Source of the DNA: Planctomycetota bacterium
GTDB lineage: Bacteria; Planctomycetota; GCA-002687715; DRQF01
Assembly (NCBI GenBank): GCA_036479435.1
Contig: JAZGFI010000103.1
Span: forward strand, 1 to 64,000
Direction: 5' to 3'
DNA: 64,000 bases
Part shown: positions 37,800 through 45,012 of the stretch, piece after piece
Layout: every line of letters starts with the position of its first letter
Position numbering within the stretch: the stretch's first letter is position 1
Made by a program: the position numbers and the translations under genes
Notes under the pieces: generated by a model
The model's input: the letters and a program-made list of their open reading frames with translations, nothing else
The model's database searches: none
Told to the model about the DNA's origin: nothing

Positions 37800-38290
37800 C
37801 TTGACTTTTGTCTCGGCGATCTTCAGGTTGGAAGCGTCCATCCGGTGGAAACGCCGGAAAAAATGAAATTGGGAAAAGGGTAGACGGCGAGGATGTGGAG
37901 GTGTGCCGTAGATGAGGTGTGTTTCAACGTACCCTTTTCTTTGCCAATGAGTGCGGTGTGCTGAGAGCCGTCCCCTTTTCCCAATTCCCAATCCCTTTGA
38001 CTTTCGGACGTCAGGGGCCTCGACCTTGAGTCGAAGAAACCCCAACACTCCCATTGCCGCGAAGATCGATGGTCACTCAGTTGTCCAAGCCCGAGTGACC
38101 TGGCGGGTGGAGTCTACGTTCTCGTCCCGCCGCTGGTATAGATAATACAAACTGGGTCTAAGTTCGGAAGGGACTTTAGGAAAGGAAAGGTTTAGACCCG
38201 CAGATTTCGGCCTCTGCTGCCGCAAGGAGGGTTTGCGACAACACTAAGGGCGGCGGTTGGAAGAGAGAAAGTCCCTAACTTCGGCTAGAT
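37800..38290 (+). ncRNA. Candidate large structured non-coding RNA of unknown family
   Basis: About 10 helices in 480 nt between convergent genes, GAAA and UUCG-type loops and G-U pairs on the + strand, long-range pairings and a pseudoknot (see findings). Confidence 0.5.
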
Positions 38291-39280
38291 TTTCTTACCT
38301 TCAGGCGATTTCGCCGGTTTCTTGGGGGTCTTTTTTGTGGGTGGGCGCTTTCCGATCGTCCAGGCGGCAAGCCATTCCACTTTTCGCAGCGACAGATCGG
38401 GCATACGCTTCTTGAGGCGGCGCTCAAAATCCGCCATGTGTCCCGCGCCGTAGAGAATAGCCACTCTCCGGGTTGTTTTGAGCCCGCGAAGGCGATCGAG
38501 CTCCAAAAGAGCGTGCTCATTGCGCGCCTCGATGATGATGGCGTCGCGTTTTTCCTCTTCGCGGCGTTTGAAGCGCTGGTAGTAAGCGTTCCCGTCGCCC
38601 AAGACTTGCGCCAGGGAGCGCTTGGCGCGGTCGCGGATCAGGTTGAGGAAGGCTGGCGTCTTGCCGTCCTCCTTGGGTTCCAGTGCTTTCAGGAAGCGGC
38701 TGAGTAAAGGTCCCATCGATTGCACGATGTTGGCGGCGGGGACGAGGGTGATCTTGGCCTCTTTGAGTCGCTGTTGCACGTCTTTTGCCGAGAGGTCGGC
38801 ATGGACGAAGTTCTTTCCCGTCGTCACCAAGCGATCGCGTTGGTGTTCCAAGGCCAAGTAGTCCTTCAGTTGATTTTGAAGGCGGTCCAGGAGCGTCAAG
38901 AGTGAATCCTCGTTCAGCTCTGGGTCCGGTTTGAGGCCCTCGAAAAGCACATGGGGATAGGGTTGGAGCTTTTTTTGAAGGCTGTCGTAGTAGCTGCGGT
39001 CGCCAATGTGAACGGCTGACACCAAGGTAATATCGAGGTCGGCTTCTTCACTGCGGTACTGAACGATGGCGGTTTCAAGCCGCTGGATCTTGCGGCCTTT
39101 GCTGTAACGGATAAAGCGCGTTTTTTCCTGATGCGTGTTCGGCGCTAGGGCGCCAAGTCTAGTAGCCTGTAGGCTCGGTGGCGCTGCAACGGGGCCATCG
39201 AGCTCGCCCGCTGAGATACCAAATGACAGAGTAAACAGAGTCAGCCAAAGGCTGAGTGTTGCGGGACCGAAGCTAATCAT
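38285..39280 (-). CDS. Secreted TraB/GumN-like protein
   Basis: Signal peptide; LETAIVQY, LVSAVHIGDRSYY, VLFEG, VHADLS, IIEARN, AILYGAGHM. Confidence 0.7.
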   Translation of the reverse strand: MISFGPATLSLWLTLFTLSFGISAGELDGPVAAPPSLQATRLGALAPNTHQEKTRFIRYSKGRKIQRLETAIVQYRSEEADLDITLVSAVHIGDRSYYDSLQKKLQPYPHVLFEGLKPDPELNEDSLLTLLDRLQNQLKDYLALEHQRDRLVTTGKNFVHADLSAKDVQQRLKEAKITLVPAANIVQSMGPLLSRFLKALEPKEDGKTPAFLNLIRDRAKRSLAQVLGDGNAYYQRFKRREEEKRDAIIIEARNEHALLELDRLRGLKTTRRVAILYGAGHMADFERRLKKRMPDLSLRKVEWLAAWTIGKRPPTKKTPKKPAKSPEGKKI

Positions 39281-39377
39281 CTATTTGTCTCCTCAGCTCC
39301 CCAATTTGGGATTAATGAAAATAGCAGTTTCGGGGCCCCGAAACATCCGCCGGGCCAAATCAGGAGGTGGCAAGTCT

Positions 39378-40334
39378 TTGACGAGCGAAGGGAATGCATC
39401 CAGCGCGATCCGAGCCGAGGGTCTTTGCGTCCGCTACGGGAAGTTTGAGGCGCTTTCAGAGCTCAATCTCGACTTCCGTGGACCCAGCTTGGGCCTTTTG
39501 GGCCCCAACGGCGCCGGGAAGAGCACTTTCATCAAGACCCTGCTGGGGCTTATTCGCCCCAACGCCGGTCGTGCATCGGTCTTGGGCCTGGACTCCCGCC
39601 GCCAACGCTTGGCGCTTAGGCGCAGCGTCGGCTACGTCCCCGAAAAAGATTGCCATATTCCAGAGATGAGCGCGGTGGACTACGTCACCTTAGGCGGTGA
39701 GCTTGCCGGGATGCCACGCAGTGACGCGATCCAACGGGCCCACGAGATGCTCCAGTTTTGCGGAGTCGGTGAAGCCCGCTATCGCGCCGTCGATGACTAT
39801 TCAGCCGGCATGCGGCAACGGACAAAGCTGGCACAAGCCTTGGTGCACGACCCCAAGTTGGTGTTCTTGGACGAACCCACGAATGGCCTGGATCCAGAGG
39901 GTCGCCTGAAGTTGCTGTCCGTTCTTCGCGACCTGCAGGAGAATAAGGGCATTCGGATCGTGCTCTCATCGCACCTTCTGCGAGACGTAGAATTCGTCTG
40001 CGAAGAGGTGATGGTTTTGCGCCGAGGTCGCCTCGTCGTACATGGCAACGTTCTCGAACTAAAACAGCTTTCCGATCGCCACTTGCTGGTGAAAGCGCGA
40101 GGCGACATCGCCGTCTTTCAGCGTGCGCTCGAAGGCAAAGGCTGCCAGTTCGAAGACGACGGTAAACAAAGCTACCGGGTGATCGTGCCGAGCGGTTGCG
40201 GGAGCGAACTCATCCTCGAGACGGCCCTCGAAAACGATATTCAAATCCGACATCTCAAACGCGAAGAGTCAAGCTTGGAGGAGGCCTTCCTCTCCGCGCT
40301 CGACGGTGAGGCCAACCGTCATGCCGGTCTATGA
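39378..40334 (+). CDS. ABC transporter ATP-binding protein
   Basis: GPNGAGKST, YSAGMRQR, FLDEPTNGLD, SSH; TTG start after AGGAGG. Confidence 0.92.
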   Translation: MTSEGNASSAIRAEGLCVRYGKFEALSELNLDFRGPSLGLLGPNGAGKSTFIKTLLGLIRPNAGRASVLGLDSRRQRLALRRSVGYVPEKDCHIPEMSAVDYVTLGGELAGMPRSDAIQRAHEMLQFCGVGEARYRAVDDYSAGMRQRTKLAQALVHDPKLVFLDEPTNGLDPEGRLKLLSVLRDLQENKGIRIVLSSHLLRDVEFVCEEVMVLRRGRLVVHGNVLELKQLSDRHLLVKARGDIAVFQRALEGKGCQFEDDGKQSYRVIVPSGCGSELILETALENDIQIRHLKREESSLEEAFLSALDGEANRHAGL

Positions 40335-41238
40335 CCAAAGCTATCGTCACTGGAAAGGCAGTTTTCGCCGCAGCCCGCTTAGATGGGCACCCATGGTTTC
40401 CTACCACATGAAACACTTGATGCGCTCGAAGCTGGTGTGGTTTTTCCTGCTGGGGGCCTTTGCCCCGGCTCTGGGCGCGATCATCTTCGTATATGTGGGC
40501 TATCTTGAAGGTCCCGAAGTGCTCAGCCGAGCGGTTGATGTGCTGCTGATCGATTCGCTCGGCGAAAGCGCCACCCGCGATGACGAGTACCGGATCATGG
40601 CTCGCTACGGCATGTTGAGCATGCTCGTGTTTCCGCAGTCTTTTGTGGTCTTGTCGATCACCAGCATTGTCGGTTCTGGCCTGATCGCCAAAGACATCAG
40701 AAGCAATGCCCTCGAGATCTACTTGACGAAACCCATTACCCCGACGGACTACATCCTGGGCAAGCTCGCGGTCATCGCGATTTTCATCTTCTTGGTCACC
40801 TTCGCGCCGGCGGCCTTGGTGCTTTTGGTGGCATCATCACTTTGGGAGGGTTTCGGTGCCGCCGCCTTGTCGGTGACGCCGGCTTTGTTTTTGGCCTGCG
40901 CTATCACGGCCTTAGTGAACGGCTCGGTCATCTTAGGTCTGTCTTCGTTGACGAAGTCTTCGCGCTATGCGACGGTCATTTGGTTCGCGATCTGTTTCGT
41001 TTCGCAAGCGACGGCGAGCGCTCTGCAAGAAATCACGCGTGAACCCATGTGGCAGGTGATCAGCTATCGCCAGAATTTCGCTTTGATCATCGCAGAGATC
41101 ATGGGTTCGACGGAATTGCCCAATGTCGTCGTGAGTGATCCGCCTCATATGGGTATTCCCATCGCCCTTTTGGGGTTTGCGACATTGACGGCGATTCTCG
41201 TCCTGCGACGGACGATTCGCGCTGTGGAGAACGCTTGA
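40321..41238 (+). CDS. ABC-2 type permease
   Basis: MPVYDQSYRHW, GLIAKD...ALEIYLTKPI...YILGK; multiple TM helices. Confidence 0.85.
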   Translation: MPVYDQSYRHWKGSFRRSPLRWAPMVSYHMKHLMRSKLVWFFLLGAFAPALGAIIFVYVGYLEGPEVLSRAVDVLLIDSLGESATRDDEYRIMARYGMLSMLVFPQSFVVLSITSIVGSGLIAKDIRSNALEIYLTKPITPTDYILGKLAVIAIFIFLVTFAPAALVLLVASSLWEGFGAAALSVTPALFLACAITALVNGSVILGLSSLTKSSRYATVIWFAICFVSQATASALQEITREPMWQVISYRQNFALIIAEIMGSTELPNVVVSDPPHMGIPIALLGFATLTAILVLRRTIRAVENA

Positions 41239-42179
41239 TGTCGGCACCGTTGCTATCCGCCCGAGGAGCTAGTAAGTGGTACGGGCAAGTGATTGCGGTC
41301 AACGACGTCACGCTCGACATTCAACCCGGTATTACGGCTCTGTTGGGACCCAATGGAGCCGGTAAATCGACTTTGCTCGGCCTGTTCACGGGGCAACTCA
41401 GGCCAACGCGAGGCCTCGTGGAGGCCTTTGGTGAGCCGATCTGGGACAACCCGCGGCTCAACGAGCGCATCGGGCTCTGCCACCAGTACGACAATTTTTA
41501 CGAAGAGATGACGGCGGTCGAGTTCTTGCGATTCATCTGCCGGCTCACCGGTTTTAGGGGCACGGCTGCCCGTCAACGCGCCGACTATGTTCTCGACCGC
41601 GTGGGCTTGGAGAAATGCGATCGAGTTCGCGCAATCCGAACCTACAGCAAGGGCATGCGACAACGAACCAAACTCGCACAGGCTTTGGTCCACGAACCCG
41701 AGCTTTTGTTTCTCGACGAACCGATGACGGGGCTCGACCCGGTGGGGCGCTACGAAATTTCCAAGTTGCTAGAAGGCCTGGCAAAGATGGGAAAGAGCAT
41801 CGTCGTATCGACACACATCCTCCATGAGGTCGAGGCCTTAACCGACCAGATCTTGCTACTTGCCGAAGGACGCATTCTTGCCGAAGGCGACATTCACCAG
41901 ATTCGGGCCTCTTTGGAACAACATCCCTATCAGATTCGAGTGGTGTCCAACGCGGCCCGCGCGTTAGCGGTTCTACTCACAGCGGATGAACACGTTAGCG
42001 CCGTCAAAATCCAAGAGTTGACCGTCGATAGAGAGGCCTTGACCATAAGCACGACGCGAGCGGATCTTGTTTTCGACTCTTTGCCTCGGCACGCGCAGAC
42101 GGCCGGCGCCTATATCGAAGAGATATCCTGCCCCGACGACAACCTTGAATCGGTCTTTGACTACTTGGTGGGACAATGA
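41238..42179 (+). CDS. ABC transporter ATP-binding protein
   Basis: SKWYGQV, GPNGAGKST, YSKGMRQR, LDEPMTGLD, NLESVFDYLV. Confidence 0.92.
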   Translation: MSAPLLSARGASKWYGQVIAVNDVTLDIQPGITALLGPNGAGKSTLLGLFTGQLRPTRGLVEAFGEPIWDNPRLNERIGLCHQYDNFYEEMTAVEFLRFICRLTGFRGTAARQRADYVLDRVGLEKCDRVRAIRTYSKGMRQRTKLAQALVHEPELLFLDEPMTGLDPVGRYEISKLLEGLAKMGKSIVVSTHILHEVEALTDQILLLAEGRILAEGDIHQIRASLEQHPYQIRVVSNAARALAVLLTADEHVSAVKIQELTVDREALTISTTRADLVFDSLPRHAQTAGAYIEEISCPDDNLESVFDYLVGQ

Positions 42180-43033
42180 ACGAGACCCAACAAATCGGCG
42201 CTAAACTCGCTGAAGAGACCCCGAAATTCATCCGACCCGATCCCCCTGGCTTCGTCAGAGCATCGGTCCTGATCGCGTGTCATACCGTTCAGAAACTGAT
42301 CGGACCCAAACGGCTGATTTTTCTCACAGCCTTGCTGTTCATTCCCGTGTTCATCGTTGCCATCAGCAAGCACGAAGGGCAGGCGGATGAGTTTTTGTCC
42401 TTCTTTGCTCCGGTGGCCTACTTGCTGGTCTTGGCGCCGCTCACGAGTCTATTTTTGTCGGCGACAAACTTCGCTGACGAAGTGGATAACCGGACGCTTG
42501 GCTACTTGTTGTTGCGACCGATCTCCCGCGAGACTCTGCTCTTTGGGCAGTGTCTTGGATCTGGCTTCGTTGCGACCGCGCTCATTCTCTTCTCGGCGGC
42601 CGCAGCCCACTTGGTCGCGGCCTGGCCCGGTCACATCACAGGATTGATCCCCAGTTATTGGATGGGGGAGTTCGCGGGATTCGCGGCCGTCGTCGTCTTA
42701 TCGATCGCACTCTATACCGCCTTGAGCTCCGTCGCTGGCCTCGTCTTGAAGCGCCCCGTGCTGTGGGGGATCGTCTACATGGTGATCGTCGAAATCACTT
42801 TTTGCTACGCCGCGGGACCACCCTCAAAGATCGCGATATCCCACCACACCACCCGTTTGCTGCCAGAAGCTTACTTGACTCCCGAGATCCTCGTCACCGA
42901 AGCGGCCAACCGCCCCTTCGAGGCCGTCCCCATTCCGGTCACGATCATCGGTCTTGGCGTCACACTATTTTTGCTGTTGGGATTGGCGGTTGTCGCAGTG
43001 CGGCGTTCGGAGTTCACCTCCAAAGAGGACTAA
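42176..43033 (+). CDS. ABC-2 type permease
   Basis: DEVDNRTLGYLLLRPISR motif; about 6 TM helices; ATGA overlap. Confidence 0.85.
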   Translation: MNETQQIGAKLAEETPKFIRPDPPGFVRASVLIACHTVQKLIGPKRLIFLTALLFIPVFIVAISKHEGQADEFLSFFAPVAYLLVLAPLTSLFLSATNFADEVDNRTLGYLLLRPISRETLLFGQCLGSGFVATALILFSAAAAHLVAAWPGHITGLIPSYWMGEFAGFAAVVVLSIALYTALSSVAGLVLKRPVLWGIVYMVIVEITFCYAAGPPSKIAISHHTTRLLPEAYLTPEILVTEAANRPFEAVPIPVTIIGLGVTLFLLLGLAVVAVRRSEFTSKED

Positions 43034-43148
43034 AAAACTAGATCTAAGAAATCATAGAAACAGCGAGACAGAGGCGCACGTTTTTCGCTTTTCAGATAGG
43101 AGCCTCTTTTATTGATGAGGCTAGATTCCGTCCCTGGAGACCCTCCGA

Positions 43149-43260
43149 TGATACTGCGCAGCCTGCTTACCTTCCTCGCCATTGCGGCCTCTGCTTTGGC
43201 TCAACTCCAGCATTCCCCTGCCACAGTTTCCACAACCTCTGGGCGCGATCATGAACGTTT
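43149..43260 (+). pseudogene. Remnant 5' end of a secreted-protein gene
   Basis: GGAG RBS + MILRSLLTFLAIAASALAQ signal peptide, then runs into the antisense of the NHL remnant. Confidence 0.4.
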
Positions 43261-43590
43261 CACCATCGGAACGCGGGTCCATCGCCGTGGCCTTCTAAGG
43301 TCGGCCCTCCGGCAATGGTTCGTACCCATCCATCAATCGTCATCGTTCGGATGGCGTGATTGTTGATGTCCGCAAACACGACCGTGGTTGGATTCAGCGC
43401 GGCCAAGCGAATAGGTTTGTTCATCCGGACGGCAGAACCCCTACCGTCACGAAAACCGCTTTCGCCGTTGCTAACGATGATCATCGTCGGGTGCTCGGAC
43501 CCATTTAAGGCTGCGGCATCGGCGGGATTCGCGGCACAGGCCGCAAGGCAAGCGACGGCGGCGAAAAGAATGGTGTAGCGAATGATGATG
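43260..43590 (-). pseudogene. Truncated NHL-repeat lipoprotein remnant
   Basis: ILFAAVACLAAC lipobox without an ATG start, GESGFRDG..A.RMNKP, FADINNHAIR, TIAGG...GHGDGPA, then a stop after about 1.3 repeats. Confidence 0.6.
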
Positions 43591-43628
43591 AAGTCGAGCC
43601 TTGGGAATGAATGGAATCGGGAGTGGAG

Positions 43629-44885
43629 CTACTCGATGACGACCCGAGTGCCGTTAGTCGCGACCCAATCTTCAGCGAGGGCCGTCGGCGAACTGTAGAG
43701 CACGCCAGCCGCGTAGAAGGTCATCCCGACCAAGAACGGCGCGTTGGGGAGCAGCATTCCAAATACTGCGAGCCCATCGGCGTTTAGGTTGCCATTAAAT
43801 TCCGCGAAGGCTAGTGGGCGCGGAAAAGTGATGGATAGATTGAAAAGGGCATCTGAATCGAGTGGGAGGACCTGCATGGTGCCGGGAATGAGGATTCCAC
43901 TGTTTGCGGTGCTGGCGATGGCCATGGCAAATTGCCAGTTAGGTTGCGCAGGTGCGTTGAGACGCCATTCTACTCGAGCCCCGACTTCGGCCGGGGTTAC
44001 TTGACGCAGAAGGCGTTCGATCGCGATGCGGTGGATCTCTCCGGTGTTGACGGTAACAAGGACGCTTTTCCCACCGACGTCGATGGCGATATCCTCGGCG
44101 CCGCTACCGTCACCGAGCGCCGACGCGATGACTTCAATTTGGCCCGTGTTCGCGTTAATTTTGGTGACGTCGCCGTTGTAGATGGTGGAAGCGAGGATGA
44201 CTCCTGATTCGGTGGCGACAATATCGCTAACGAGAAAACAATTGTTGGCGACGGATACGGCGGTATCGGCGATGGGGTCGTACTCGTAGATGGAGGTCAG
44301 TCCCAAAGCACCGATGTAGAGCTTGCCATTCATGCCGTCGGCGACGTCCGTGGCGCCGGGAATTCCCGATGCCAAGAGTAGGCGGCTGACTTCGATGCCG
44401 TTGACTAGCTCGACGCGCCAAAGATCGGTGCCACCGGTGAAGAAATTACTCGAGGTCAAATCCGCCACGTACATCGATCCACTTTGATCAAAAATGACAT
44501 CGATGGGGATGAAGTAACCCAGGCTCGAGGTGGTCAGCAGCCCGGTCACAAAATCATAGCGCACGATAGTGTGGGTAATGGAGTCGCCGATGTAGAGCGC
44601 GCCATCGGGTCCAAGTTCCATCGACAAGGCCAACAGCGGCTGTGTTGAGAGCGGGGTCCAAACGGCGGTGGTACTGTTGGGGTCGTAGATACCAACTTCT
44701 TGGATGTCCACCCGCGAGAGAATAATTTCACCGTTCGGCCCGATGACGATGTCATCCACGGTGTCCGGCAAGACTCCGACCAAGGGCTGATAATCGGAGA
44801 TGTCGAGGCTCTGGGCCAAGGCCACTGGCATACACATCGCGGCGCCTATTATCAGGGCCGCGATCAAGATGGATCGGTCAAGCAT
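43629..44885 (-). CDS. Secreted beta-propeller protein (Vgb/SGL-like) with a beta-rich C-terminal domain
   Basis: Signal peptide ..ALAQ; repeated GPNG/GPDGALYIGD/DQSGSMYVAD/GMNGKLYI blades. Confidence 0.75.
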   Translation of the reverse strand: MLDRSILIAALIIGAAMCMPVALAQSLDISDYQPLVGVLPDTVDDIVIGPNGEIILSRVDIQEVGIYDPNSTTAVWTPLSTQPLLALSMELGPDGALYIGDSITHTIVRYDFVTGLLTTSSLGYFIPIDVIFDQSGSMYVADLTSSNFFTGGTDLWRVELVNGIEVSRLLLASGIPGATDVADGMNGKLYIGALGLTSIYEYDPIADTAVSVANNCFLVSDIVATESGVILASTIYNGDVTKINANTGQIEVIASALGDGSGAEDIAIDVGGKSVLVTVNTGEIHRIAIERLLRQVTPAEVGARVEWRLNAPAQPNWQFAMAIASTANSGILIPGTMQVLPLDSDALFNLSITFPRPLAFAEFNGNLNADGLAVFGMLLPNAPFLVGMTFYAAGVLYSSPTALAEDWVATNGTRVVIE

Positions 44886-45012
44886 GCGGTCTACTCTGGT
44901 AACGTTGAAGGGCGAGCATAGCAGTCCCCAGCTGCCGGTTCCTATCAGAATTCGGTTTAGAGATCGCCAATAGCCCCAATCGTGGTCCGGAATCGACAGA
45001 ATCATCGTTGAG

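Noticed and set aside
37949..37975. TPP riboswitch (GAGTGC..GCTGAGA), group II intron D5 or hammerhead core
   Set aside because: The downstream conserved halves are missing (CCTGAT..AATGC..GCGNAGG; the D5 hairpin; CTGANGA), and there is no same-strand gene to regulate
37758..38145. Small ORFs (98 aa minus, 64 aa plus) in the structured gap
   Set aside because: Near-cognate or RBS-less starts, atypical composition and no motifs
37786..38290. tmRNA (GGGGCC...TTGAC 5'-like start; GCAAAC on the minus strand)
   Set aside because: No T-arm GGTTCGA.TCC or CCA end, and no tag peptide ending in ALAA-like residues
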